A model generated the notes under the pieces. It ran no database searches and was not told the origin of the DNA. It was given only the letters and a program-made list of their open reading frames with translations. The position numbers and the translations under genes were made by a program. Below, one piece after another: positions 37,011 to 50,000 of a stretch of DNA of 64,000 bases. Each line of letters begins with the position of its first letter. The stretch's first letter is position 1. The stretch spans positions 110,300,001 through 110,364,000 of the forward strand of contig NC_086107.1 in assembly GCF_963921235.1 (NCBI RefSeq), in the 5' to 3' direction. This stretch comes from Mobula hypostoma. Taxonomy: Eukaryota.

Positions 37011-38271
37011 ATAGAGTAACTGCAATACAGCTAATCACATATTCAACCTTTCCCTATACTGTAACTTAAGTGCCCAAGTCCAGGCAACATCTTTGCTAAT
37101 TTTCTCTATTAATCATTTAAATAATTGAGCTAATTCTTCTAGCAAAATCAAATTCAGTCCTGCAGGCATACAATATCCTCAGTGGCTAAGTAAGCTGATG
37201 CAAAAAGCAGCTAAACGATGTAGTCCAAAAGAATACATACTTGACTTTCAATCCGATACAACATAATTTGGTTGTGGGAGTAGCAATAAGGTAGCAAGGC
37301 TGCATCCATTTCTAGATCATAATATGTTTCTAGTTTAGCTAGAAGGCTATCATCTTCATTTAGGAATAAAAGCTTCTTGGAATGTGAGGCAAGATAAATG
37401 TGTGACCACCTTCCAGCAAGGTGAACCACAGTAAGAAGTAGATTAATGAGGCTCAAGAACTTAACGCGGTTTCACTAACATTATAATTTCAATATTAACA
37501 TTTGTGGCATTCTGAAGAGGATGACCATACAATAAAAGCCCATCTAGTTTTTCCATGTGGGAAATTAAATTTTCCAGTGCAGCTCTTCTCGGATCCCTTC
37601 TCAAATATCATGTGGCCAAGAAAGCAGCACTTTCACAGGCACTTGAGACTTATAAAAATATTTCTTGGGAGTTAAGCAGTTATGGCAGAAGATGCTAGAT
37701 CATTCTTAAATACTTTATAAAAATGAAAATTTCATATAGTATTACAGGGAAGATTTTTAACTTTATTTTGTAATATAGTTAAAAGTCAAAGAGCTGGGTT
37801 CAGAAGCCACATAATCTTGAGACAATGATGAACTGCAGAAAACAATATTTTCACAATCACACTCCATTGCAAGATGCAGCCAGATCATTGAGTAGCAGTA
37901 TGTGCACTGCAACTTTATTAAAATAAAATCAGAAGAAAAAAATCAAATGGAATAGTAAATTAGTGACATTAAGGAATAACATGGGGGGGTGGTGAGGAGA
38001 AAGTCTCTGGAATCTACAACAATGATCAATCATTAAAAGTGAAATTATATAACAATGAACATAGCTTTGAACATATGACAATAAAGAAATGGATAATAAT
38101 GGTCATAAGATTTTTGATTTTAAGCATCTTATACACAAAACCTCTAGGTTTATTTATACTACACATTACCTTTGAGACAAAACTTCATCTTATTTGACCA
38201 GGACCTGTCATGCATTCATCCCACTTGTTACCTTTGTACTGATCAGTACAACATCTAATGTAGTTCAAAAC

Positions 38272-38941
38272 TTAGGACACTCAAAGCTGCTATGCAGGTT
38301 GACTCTGTGGTTAAGCAGGCATACGGTGCATTGGCCTTCATCAATCGTGGAACTGAGTTTAAGAGCCAAGAGGTAATGTTGCAGCTATATAGGACCCTGG
38401 TCAGACCCCACTTGGAGTGCTCAATTCTGGTCGCCTCACTATAGGAAGGACGTGGAAATCATAGAAAGGATGCAGAGGAGATTTACAAGGATGTTGCCTG
38501 GATTGAGGAGCATGCCTTATGAAAAATAGGTTGAATGAGCTCGGCCTTTTCTCCTTGGAGCGACAGAAGATGAGAGGTGACTTGATAGAGGTGTACAAGA
38601 TAATGAGAGGCATTGATCATGTGGATAGTCAGAGGTTTTCCCCATGGCTGAAATGGCTAGCACGAGAGGGCATAGTTTTAAGGTGCTTGGAAGTAGGTAC
38701 AGAGGAGATGTCAGAGCTAAGTTTTATACCCAGAGAGTGGTGATTGCATGGAATGGGCTGCCGGCAGTGGTGGTGGAGGCGGAAATGATAGGGTCTTCTA
38801 AGAGACTCCTGGATGGCTACATGGAGCTTAGAAAAATAGAGGGCTATGGGTAAAGCCTAGGTAGTTCTAAGGTAAGGACATGTTCGGCACAGCTTTGTGG
38901 GCTGAAGGGCCTGTATTGTGCTGTATGTTTTCTATGTTTTT
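38272..38941 (+). mobile_element. CR1 3' fragment, same subfamily as 19680-22677
   Basis: [28 protein letters not shown] and TRGHSFKV; high similarity to 21970-22677. Confidence 0.95.
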
Positions 38942-39129
38942 AAAAATCTGATCCATTCATTATCACTCCAGGTCAATGAATTAAACACAAGTGAAAAACT
39001 ACTGGTTTTCCTATACCTGGATAGAGTACCAGTATAGTCGATTACCACTGATGGCAGACATCTAATAATTAAAGACTGACCAATCTAGTAGAATTAACCT
39101 TTTGCTAATAAACATTCATTCAAATAACT

Positions 39130-39455
39130 TAACAAAACACTGGTTAGAATACACTTGAGAATATTATGTGCAGCTCTCTAGTCATGATAGCACTGGAAAA
39201 AGTGGAGGAAATTCACAAGGAGTTTGTATAAATTGGAGGGCTATAGTTTAAGAGAGATTGGATAGGCTGGGGCTCACTTTTTCTGGAGCACAAATCTTGA
39301 CCTGACAGATATATACCAAATTATGACCACATTTGAGAGATACTTAGATAGACATGGCAGTGAAGAATACTGCCTTGAATATAGGCAAATATGTTTTCAG
39401 TAGATGTGCAAAAGGATCAGCATGAACGTGCCCATTTCTCTGTTGTACGACTGAG
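39130..39455 (+). mobile_element. Old CR1 3' remnant
   Basis: acactggttagaatacacttgagaatattatgtgcag and gagagattggataggctggggc. Confidence 0.55.
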
Positions 39456-39704
39456 CCTAAAAAAAACTTATCTAGTAGTCAAAATAGGAGAATGAAGCAC
39501 AAATATCATTGAGAAGGACCAACTTTAATTTAAAAAGAAAACAAAATTAAAGTTTCCAGAGATTTGGCAATTTATTATTATTCACAAATACTCGTTCAGG
39601 ACACAGAAGAATGAAAAATGCTCACAGGTGTAAATGTGCAAAAGGTAGCTCACTTCTGCTTTTGTTTTGCTGGAGTTGGATGGACTTCATATTCTTCATT
39701 TCAC

Positions 39705-39980
39705 TTTAGTAATTTAGAGATGCTGCTCGGAACAGGCCTTTCGCACCGTGCCAACCAACCACCCCCAACTTAACTCTAGCTTAATCACAGGACAATTCAC
39801 AATACCAATTAGCCTACTAACCGGTACATCTTTGGACTGTGGAGGAAACTGGAGGACTCTCAGAAAACTTGTGCATTCCACGGGGAGAACTTACAGACTT
39901 CCTACAGATAACGTCAGAATTGAACTCCAAACGCCAACTCCTCAAGCTGTAATAGCATGGTGCTAACCTCTACACTACAG
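39705..39980 (-). mobile_element. HE1-like V-SINE
   Basis: tctttggactgtggaggaaactggagg V-domain; homologous to 17318-17567 and 53310-53510. Confidence 0.85.
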
Positions 39981-40175
39981 TTTACACTTCCCACCATCCT
40001 GTGTCAAAATGTGAACAGACTGTTTGGTTTCAAGATTGACATAAAAAACACTTTTTTTTAGCTCCTATACTTCAAAAAAGGAATAACCTGTGGTCTAGCA
40101 ATGATTAGATTTCCTGTTAAAACTATAAATACTTTTGAAAAATAAGGAAAGAACTGCAAATGACAACTGCTTTAC

Positions 40176-40640
40176 CTCAAAACTGAAAGATCAGTACTTT
40201 AAAAGGATAATTGTATAAAAAGAATGTTCTTTCTGAAATCACTGCAAATTTTGCTGCGCAGGGTATCTGAACATGCACACTGCACTAGTCATCTCTCCTC
40301 ACTTGACCGGTTTCAGCACTATGTAATACGTAAAAAAGCATGACAAATACAAGAGATGCTAATCAGCATCCGATTGTTGAGCAGTGTCTAATTGATCATG
40401 TACCCACAGACTCGGCTCAGTTCCGCAGCATGTGCTGCAACTCCACTTGCCATCTCTCACGCCCAACTCAGCTGCACTTCTGCTGCCCCAGGCATTAGTT
40501 CCCTTCGTCTCCTGAGACAGCTGACAGTTGCTAAGCAACCAGGCTAATAATTAGCTCAAAGCAGGCTAAACAACTGGGCAGAACGCCAGTAGTGAACAAC
40601 AGAAGAGAATAAAAACATTTCTCCAAATCTATTGGCAGGG
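40176..40640 (-). promoter_or_regulatory. Candidate alternative promoter/first exon with RFX X-box
   Basis: Palindrome GTTGCT-A-AGCAAC at 40527-40539, adjacent cagctgacag, minus-strand CCAAT near 40630, donor GAG|gtaaag at 40175; TE-free. Confidence 0.45.
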
Positions 40641-43091
40641 TAAGTGAACCAACATCAGTGCCCTCTCCCAGGCCGACATCTCCTGCATCGAGATTCTAAT
40701 CGACTCCCAAGAGCAAACCATGCAGTTCATATGTCTGACACCGGACTTGCAAAACAAATTTATCGTGAACTCCACTACAACAAAAAAAAGACTGAATCAT
40801 CTTCTCTGAGACTGTAACTAGCACAGAGATTTAAGGGAATCACAAACCTATGATAATTGAGAATGGTAAATGAGTATGGCACTGAGAATATAGTCCATTC
40901 CACAGAAATACAGAGAAGCCAAGTCTAAATGATGAAATGCACCATCTCTCCAATGATCCACTTTGAATCCCCCGCTTGTCTTATCTACAGTCCTACATTG
41001 GCTTGTCAGCCACCCAAGAACAAATGATTCTCAAATGATTCCCAGAGAAGCAAAAAAGAACACGCAAACTTGAAATATGAGCAATTATTGTTTAAAGAAA
41101 CCTCATTGGAAATATAGGAAAGATTCACTACCCCTTAGGATAAAATGATTCCCATTTTAGGTCCTATACGGCCTATCGCTAATTTGGAGACAGATTATAG
41201 AAACATCAATCTCCATCCATCCTGATAGATGTGACAATCTTTGAAAGTACTATCACAACATGGTCATTATTGCAATCTTTCTTGCTTATCTAATTTGAAT
41301 ATTGAGGAGCAGGAAAATAACTTAAGCAAAGATACTGTATTGTTTGTGAGATAATAAATCACTAACTACTACTAGTTCTACATAACAAAAACTGGAAAAC
41401 AGTTTATTGGGTTTCTGTCCAATTATCAGTGCAAGTTCCTACCATCTTCAAAACAAGAATGGATTTAAATATGTTTTTATAGGAAATATCATACAAGTGA
41501 GAATACAGATTTAGAAAAAGTGAGCAATATTAAATATTCTACAAAATTAATGATTATGTTGATTGGATTCTAGATCTCCAGATTATTAACCATTATCCAA
41601 TGCACACTTCTTAGAATATTTCTAGTCTATACCTGATCTGCTTCAAGCAGTAAGTAGCTATATATTTTGCTACACATCGCCCATGTCCAGACTGGTGCAA
41701 CATGAATCAGTCACTCAGAATATTGGAAGATCACCAGTTCAATGCGGAGGTGCAACTAATGAGCAGGATACAAACCTGATATTTAAAACAAAAGGGGTGC
41801 TGCAAATGTTTCAAATGTAAGATTAGAATACCTTCCAACATTAGTGAAGAGAAAAAAGTAAACATTGATACAACTGAAAAATAATGAAATTTACAATCAA
41901 GCATCAGCTTTCTTGAACGCTCAGCTAATATAACTAAAATACCCAGTCTTCAAAATAAGTCATACTAAACTAAATTTTCAGGTTAATGCAAAGACTATAA
42001 TTGAGCACCTGGGTTTACATTCCTTCCTGCATTATTTCCTCTGCCTCAGAAATTGTAAACATAATACTAGAAAAGTCAAAAACAGTAAAATATCATTATA
42101 TCTCGTAAATAAGAAAAACCGGACAAAGCAGTCGTTAAGGTTCAAAAAGGGAGGAGAGATATTCAATTTATTTCAATAAAGCAAAAGAAATTCAATACAA
42201 CTGCTCAAAATGATCTGTTTTATCTTATTATCACTTCAATTTGGTCCACACCAGAGCACCATAATCACAACCCTAAAACAGTGAAATAACCTCCTTCTAA
42301 TGCAAGCTTAAGACTTTAAAACTACTTATTAATGTTTTGAACAAAATCTACTGATATTTAAATAAGAAAAATAAAGGCAACACCTCACTATCAAAAGTAA
42401 ACTCAGTCTAAAATTGCCTAAACATGTCTTTTTCAGGTCACTCACTAGATCACTGCACATCTTGTAAATTCCAGGCATCTCTTTGACAGCTGGTTACATA
42501 GATTGATTGGAGAAAATGGGCAAGACAGTTTCTGCTCCTGATCACATACTATGATTATGACTGGAAAAATACAGATGTGGAATCAATATTTCCTATTTAT
42601 TAGACTGGCTCTATTTCAAGAGCAACTTTATACCTTAGGATTTTATATAACCTTGTTATATCTCTTCTGTAATCTATCCTTGAAGCTGGAGAATGCACTT
42701 TGAAGTTCCGTATCCCAATCCCTGAAAATTGTATAAAGTTGCATTAAGAATGTAGCATCCCAAGTCACCATTCCCAGCCAAATTAGTTATCTTTCAGCAG
42801 AATTAAATGACATTTGACAAATACACAAATTCTTTCCATTAAGAATTATCAACACTACTCCCTAAATATAATCCCAGTTAAATCAGCAAAAAAATAAGCA
42901 AAACACTAACATTGGGTCATAATTCAATGTGACCTAGTTGAAAAATGAAGTTGAATCTCTTGAGGGTGCTGATGCATACTTCTTATACCAGGACCAAAAT
43001 GAATCAGAATCATGTTTAATATTACTGACGCACATTGTGAAATTTGTTGTTTGTGGCTGCAGTAACTGCAATACATAATAACTACAATGTA

Positions 43092-43739
43092 TAGTCATCC
43101 CTCGGTATCCGCAGGGGATTGGTTCCAGGACCCTCAAGTCCCTTATATAAAATGGCGTAGTATTTGCGTATAATCTATGCACATCCTCCCGTATACTTTA
43201 AATCATCTCCAGATTACTTGTAATACCTAATACAATGTAAATGCTATGTAAATAGTTGTTATACTGTATTGTCTAGGGAATAATGACAAGAAAAAAAAGT
43301 CTGTACATGTTCAGTACAGACGCAACCATCGTAGCTCTTCTGGGAACGCTGATGCTGCCTCAGCATCAGCCGATGCAGATTCTCCTGTGATCTTTAAGTT
43401 CTTGAGGCTGTAGCGCCTTACATAGCTAGCCAGCCATCCCTTACTAGCCTTAAACTCCTCCCTCTCACTCACAACACGAGCAGCGAACAAACGAGACGCG
43501 AGGCAAACAATGCTCAAACAACGAGTGCTGGAGAGAGGCTGAGATCTGTGAAATGGCGGGAGGCTACAGCAGGGTATGCGTACACATCACTTCAATCGCG
43601 TGGATTCAGCGTAGTGCTCGGCATGCAGCAAATTCAAGTTTTGCTTTTTGGAACTTCCTGGAATTTTTTCTCCAATATTTTCGATCTGCAGTTGGTTGAA
43701 TCCGCAGATGCGGAACCTGCGGATACGGAGGGCTGACTG
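43092..43739 (-). mobile_element. TcMar-Tigger non-autonomous element, MER2-like, with transposase fragment
   Basis: 24-bp TIRs (tagtcatccctcggtatccgcagg vs cagtcagccctccgtatccgcagg), TA on both sides; internal FKASKGWL..Y.RRYSLKNLKITGESASADAEAASAFPEEL, a CENP-B/Tigger-type motif. Confidence 0.9.
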
Positions 43740-44878
43740 TAATTTACAGTAAGTAGATACATAAAAAAAAACTAAGTAATGCAAAAAGAGCAAAAAAGTG
43801 AGGTAGTGCTCATGGGTCCAATGTCCATTCATAAATCTGATGGCAGAGGGGAAGAAGCTGTTGCTGAATCATTGACTGTGTGTCTTCAGGCTCCTGTACC
43901 TCCTCCCTGATGGTAGCAATGTGAAGAGGGCATATCCTGGGTGATGGGGTCCTTAATGATGGATGCTGCCTTTGAGTTACTGTCAGTGTCGATTGTCAGC
44001 GATCAATTCTGGTACGCACTGGCTGAGGAAACCAACAATCCAGTTGCAGAGGGAGCTACAGAGGCCTGGGTTTTGGAGCTTGTTGATTAAAAATGAGGGC
44101 ATGATTATGTTGAATGCTGAGCTGTAATCAATAAACAGCAGTCTGACACAGGTATTCCTATTGTCTAAGTGACCCAAGGCCAAGCGGTGAGCAATTGTAT
44201 ACAATGCAGACCTATTGTGCAATAAGCAAATTACAGCAGGTCCCGGTTCTTGCTTAGACAGAACATGATTCTGGCCATAAGCAACCTCTCAAAGTACTTC
44301 ATCATAGTAGATGTGAGTGCAACTGGGCGATAGTCATCGAGGCAGCTCACCCTGTTCTTCCTGGGCACTGGTATGATTGTTGCCCTTTTGAAACAGGTGG
44401 GAACCCCTGACTGTAGCACTGAGAGTGAAGGTGTGTTTCAACACGGAAGCTGATTGGCACAGGTATTCACTGCCTTACCAGGTACACCATCAGGCCCGCC
44501 ATCTTGTGAGGGTTCACCCTCTTGAAAAATATTTTGTCTCCGAGGCAGAGATCACAGGGTCACCAAATGCTACAGGGATGTAGCTTTATTCTCCCTCCCA
44601 AGTGAACACATCTGGGAGTGAGCATCACAGACAGTCATGAGGTTAGGTTTTGCTTTGTAGGAAATAATGGCCTGAAAACCATCCCACAGCTGAGCTGCAT
44701 CTGATTCCATCCCCAACTTCGATCAAATTGTCTTGTCGCTCTTAAGGTAGCCTTCTGTGGGTTGTACCCAGACTTCTTCTATAGTTCTGGATCACCAGTC
44801 TTGAATACCACAGACCTAGCCCTCAGCAGGTTACTAATCTCCTGGTACAGCCATGGCTTTTGGTTTGGGTATATCTGG

Positions 44879-44953
44879 AAATACAAAATAATCTGCAGAT
44901 GCTGTAAAAGATCAAAGCAACACTTTCAGTACGCTGGATGAACTCAGCAGGTC
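44879..44953 (-). mobile_element. 75-bp Penelope-type tail insertion with 12-bp TSD
   Basis: TSD gggtatatctgg at 44867-44878 and 44954-44965; minus strand gacctgctgagttcatccagc...cagcatctgcag. Confidence 0.85.
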
Positions 44954-47900
44954 GGGTATATCTGGCATGTTCTTGAAGGCACACACTCATCCACACAGGT
45001 CTGGATGAAGTCCATGTCAACCGTTGCATATTCATTCAGATTTGAAGATTAATCCCTGAATATTGTCCAGTCCACCAACTCAATGCCGTCCTCTAAGTGC
45101 TCCTTCGCCTCCTGACTATACCTTCTTGGTTCTCACCACTTGTGCCGCGAGCTTTAGTCTTTGCCTATACACAGGAAGTAGAAGTACTGCCAGGTGATCG
45201 GACTTTCCGAAATATGAGAGTGGGACAGCACGGTAAGCACTCCTTGTGGTGGTATAACAGTGGTCAAGTGTGTGGCTCCTCTGGTTCCACGGGTGATACA
45301 TTGGTGGTAGTTGTTCAGAGACTTCTTCAAGCTGAACTGGTTGAAAATACCAGCAATGATAGGGAAGGCATTTGGGTGCTTTGTTTCATGATTGTTGATC
45401 ATAGTGCTCAGCTCCTCCACTCCCTGCATGACCTTGGCCTGAGGCTACCAAGATGGTGGCAGAAAACTCCCTCGGTAGATAAAATTTGACTGCTAGATGT
45501 TCCAGGTCGGGTGAGCAGGATTGAGACAGAACCACCATAATGAGTGAATCATAAAGCATACTCCAGCTTCTCTACCTTTAAAAGACTGAGATGTCCTGTT
45601 TTTGCAGGGAATAGTGAAGCCATCAGAATATCCCTGGTATGGTTTACTTAATTGAATCTGCATAAATAAACTAAGAATCATGCCAAAATAAACCTTACCA
45701 CAATCAATTTCTCAGTGAACATTATGTGTAATGCAAGAATGATGAATATATTCAATGGTTTGTATTGTTCCCCACCTGTAAACACTACTGTACCACACCG
45801 GCTAAAATAAATTTGAAATTTAAAACTTCAAAAGCATACTATTTATTCTAGTCTAATCAAATAAGTTTCCCAAGAAATGAAAAGCAAGCACGAAGTCTGA
45901 AGAAAATGTATTCCTTTTCCTCAGTTCTTAATATAACAAAATACATAAACATGCCTGTTAGCCAATTAGTGAATGCACTAAGAAAAATACATATTCCATC
46001 TTAAATTTGTCTGAAGCTTGTACAGTTTGGCAAGAAATGCAAAGTATGTAATCTTTTATAGCCAAAAGACCTGGCTAACGATGCAATTACAAAATTATTA
46101 ACAGGAAACTCAGTTCTTTTAGGACATTATTTACAAGTTTTTCAAAAAATGTTCTCCAAACAACTCGTTTCTTTTTTGAGTAAAAATAATAAAATCATTA
46201 CTGATAGCATTTTACTTGTCAGTCTATTTGGATCTATTCATTAAATCTATTCCCTTTTTCTAATCAATACAGAAACCTCGTTACTCCAGTATACCCACAC
46301 GTGAAATTCCAGTTATATTGTGCATGTGTCTGGCTCATAAGATGATAATCTAGACCTTCGTTTCACCTCTCTCTTATCGCTGGACACACAGAATACAAAA
46401 GATAAAACACAATCATTTCCCTTTGCTGTACCTTATACACACCCTGAGCAAAAATTATGAAAAATAACTGTACATGAACTATACTCAATAGACAATTTAT
46501 AGCATAAACATACGATTAGAGGTTTTCTCACAAGACCCGATTGTTCAACAATCTCCAAAGCTTCTGGAGTCGAAAAGAGAAGTTACTGGGTGATTTGGCT
46601 TGGGAAAGTCAATTGATATTTATGAAAATTAGAGCATTTTACACTCACATGGGTATAAATCAACCCTAGCAACTTTAAATCTTAATTCAAATGAGATGTT
46701 AAGTGACTAAAATCTGTGCTTATACTTATCAAGTGAGATGAGTATAAGCGAGATATTTGTTAATAAACACTCCAGCCAGAGGCAAATCAAGATGTGAAGT
46801 TCTGCCTTATGGATGACAAATGCAATTGCAAAGAATGCCATTCCAGAAAACAAGTTATTGTTAAAAATTTAGTAAAAACTACTGCAGCAGTCCAAAAATA
46901 CATCTTTAAAAAAAAGGAGCACAAATTCCTAACCCAGGATATCATACAGCCAATCATAACTAATGAAGTACTTGTATCCCACTTGACTGGTCAAAGGTGA
47001 CCTCTAGAAAATGTTACCAATTAACCAGTTTTGTGGGTTTATTTAAAATCTGATGCCAACATTGATTTTAATACTTGGAAGTGTTAACAGCTATAATATG
47101 TAATCTGCCTCTTAAGTGGATACTGGGGCTAGCTTTCAACTGTACCTGTACAAAAACCTAATTGTACATTGTCTTTTAACAATAACATTGAGTAAATGTT
47201 ACAGCTTTAGATAATATCTGACCGATGGCAAAATTATATTGTTATTATGGCATTTTAAATTGAAACATTCCATTAAAGTAAAAGCCTAAAGTAGATAACA
47301 GAAAAGTTGAAGGATCCTATATCATTAATGTTGAAAAGATAATTACATTATTTTAAATTGGTATCACTAAACCAAAGTATTATTATGTACCTGTTTTTCC
47401 AAAAATCAAAAATACTATTGATTTGAAATCAATGGTGAATAAAAATAGAAATGTAATTATTACTTTGAAATTTCACTTTGCTTATTTATTACTTTGGACG
47501 GCTATCAAAATGCCAATAAATAGGAATCAAAAACACATTTGTTGTGAAAAATGACAAAAGAAATATCCAACTTTAGCTCCTGATTAGTATTATGGAATAT
47601 TGCAGGCACTACATGTGCTTTCTGCAGTAGTTATTCAAATAATCGTGGATGGTGTCAACATGCACTGGAATATGAAATTATGAGTCAACAATGAATTATC
47701 ACTAAATGAGTACATTTACCGTACTGCCTTAGCCAAATTTCCCAGTTTCTAAATAAAACCAAATGTACTCAATGGTATTACAAATCATCCTAGAAGATTC
47801 TAAATACAAATTGACATTTTTAAAAATGGCTCTTAGTGTGTTTTGTTTTGGAATGGAGAATGAAGAAAAGGAAAACTCAATAGCACCAGAAGTTATTTTA

Positions 47901-48377
47901 AAAATTGTGTTTGGCTATACTACAAAACATTGGAAAAACAGAAGGCATGTCAAAGGATTCCCTAAAATATTCAAATATAGAGAGGAAGGTTACTAGCCAA
48001 AAAAATTGAGTCTATTCAAAAAGAATACAAAAGCAACATTGAGCATTCATGGATGACCAGGCCTTTGTATTATGGATGATTTGTGCAGCACATGATGAAA
48101 GAACATCACAGAGGAAGACTCAAATGAGAAGATCCTGGAGGCTTGAGAGAGATTGCGCTTTGAAGACGGCGTTGAGGATCTGGCACCAGCATAAACATTA
48201 TGCAAGATGAAAAGTGAGTGTGGTCAACTGGTAAAGTTAGTTTAAGAAAATTACTGACTAAAATATTAATCAAACATTAAAACTCTGGTATAATATTTAA
48301 ATACAAGACTTTATTGGTTGCAACATATAATAAAAAGTTAAAACATAAGTCTAAACTAAAACGTGTTAACTACATTA

Positions 48378-48680
48378 AGAATCAAATTTATTATCACTGG
48401 CACATGGTGTGAAATTTGTTTTGCGGCAGCAGTAAACTGCATTACATAACAATAACTAAATTACAGTAAGTATATATAAAAAATTTAATTAATTAAGTAG
48501 TGCAGAAAGAAGGGAAAAGATACGAGGTAGTGTTCATGGGTTCACTGTCCATCCTAATGGAATAAGCAATCTGATGGCGCAAGGAAAGAAGCTCTTCCTG
48601 AAACGCTGAGTGTGTCTTCAAGGCTCCTGTACCACCTCTTTGATGGTAGCCATGAGAAGAGGCATATCCTGGGTGACTTT
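48378..48680 (-). mobile_element. Rex1/Babar 3' fragment (tail type C)
   Basis: Colinear with 43000-43090 joined to 43742-43950. Confidence 0.85.
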
Positions 48681-48995
48681 CACCAGCCACCTTCTTCCCA
48701 TCACCTATCCCACCCCCTCCCTCTTCAGAATCCTATGATGGCTGCAAAACTATGGGAGAGTATCATTCATCTATCCATCATAAAGTCAACAGTATTCTTG
48801 GTTCTGGAGCTGTCTAGATTTCAAAATTTGCAGAAAATTCCTTTTCAAAATAAACTACTACTGAACAGCCCACTTTTGCACCATTCAACACAAAAAGAAT
48901 ACAGCTTTACCAGAACACAGTCTGGTAATGATTGACTAAACCAGTAATTGTCAATCCCCTCACCAGCCTTCCAAATGGCCACAGTTATCACTTAC

Positions 48996-49320
48996 CAGAG
49001 AGAAATAACAAGATACTGATGTGCACCAGTTGAGAATGGGTTAAGTCCTGTGAATTCACATAAACACTCAACCACATTAAGCGGTCTTCACTTGATTTTA
49101 ACAGCCATTTTCATAGTCCCAAATCCTAGAATTTTGATTAAGTAGGCGCTGAACCTCCATTTAGCAGCCATTTTGGTCCTCCTTAAGGGTTCCAGTAGAC
49201 TAAATTCAAAACAGTTTTTCAAGAAACATCGCAAAAAAATTCATGATATACAATCAGCAGGACATAACTATGTTTAAATTTAAGAGTTTACGCTTAAAAT
49301 TAGCAGAAAAACTAAAAAAT
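48996..49320 (-). other. Candidate 325-nt non-coding exon
   Basis: Minus: tgttttttcttttttttcag|ATTTTTTAG...TTCTCTCTG|gtaagt; a 95-nt upstream intron starts CAG|gtaagc at 49415; two AAAATGGCTG motifs inside. Confidence 0.6.
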
Positions 49321-49415
49321 CTGAAAAAAAAGAAAAAACATTGAAAGCAACAGGAGAGAAAAGCTGTCTGATGTTGGTTAGACATAAAAAGCAATAAATA
49401 TTTAATATTGCTTAC

Positions 49416-50000
49416 CTGCTTATAAAAGTTGATATGTGATATTTGCACTTCCTTAAATAAACCACAGAAACTTGCTCAAGGCATTTTTGCATGAGGGGGA
49501 AACAGCCACAACAAATGTCAGCCATTTTGAGGTTGCCGAGACACAGCAGCTGAGGTTACTGTAGCTTCATCCTCACTTACAGTGACTTCTCTACAGAGAG
49601 TTATTAGAAAATGGTTTCCTACCCTGCATCATCTCCCTTCAATGATTCATTCACTTTAGCTTTGGTGTGGGTGTGAACGTTGGGGCGTGTGTGTATATAT
49701 GTTACACAATATTCTTTGCCTGCTACAGTCAGATAGCTGCAAGCACACAACCACATAACAACAACAGGACTTACCAGCAGACAGCAAGCTCTGATTGTTG
49801 GGTGTGCAACTACAGCATAGCAGATGTGTCTAGAGGCGGCCCCACACTGACGTCAACTGCCTGTCAGTCACACTAGGCAATTAGCAAACAGGATTCTACA
49901 GTGCAAGTTTACTTGCTGCTTCCTGGCAATCCAGGCCAGAGATTCCAAGATGCCAGAGAGAGCCAGACGGCTATTAGAACCACCAGGCACCAGAGGGAGG
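49416..50000 (-). promoter_or_regulatory. Candidate alternative-promoter cluster with three consensus donors and a CRE
   Basis: Donors gtaagc (49415), gtaagt (49580), gtaagt (49774); TGACGTCA at 49848-49855; YY1 motif near 49520. Confidence 0.55.

Larger units (their letters stand above)
42997..45640 (-). mobile_element. Rex1/Babar LINE (tail type C), endonuclease to 3' end, internally deleted, with two nested insertions
   Basis: TLDHCYT...GKSDHLAVLLLPVYRQRLK; VPTCFKRATIIPVP..DYRPVALTSTMMK.FERL; VRLLFIDYSSAFN. Confidence 0.9.

Noticed and set aside
37211..37456. 81-aa protein-like ORF in unique sequence
   Set aside because: No recognisable domain and no convincing splice-site pair.
48090..48190. 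C/D snoRNA suggested by a TGATGA box
   Set aside because: No terminal CTGA D box with a closing stem.
48996..49320. Naming the host gene
   Set aside because: No coding exon in the window and I do not recognise the UTR sequence reliably; any symbol would be a guess.
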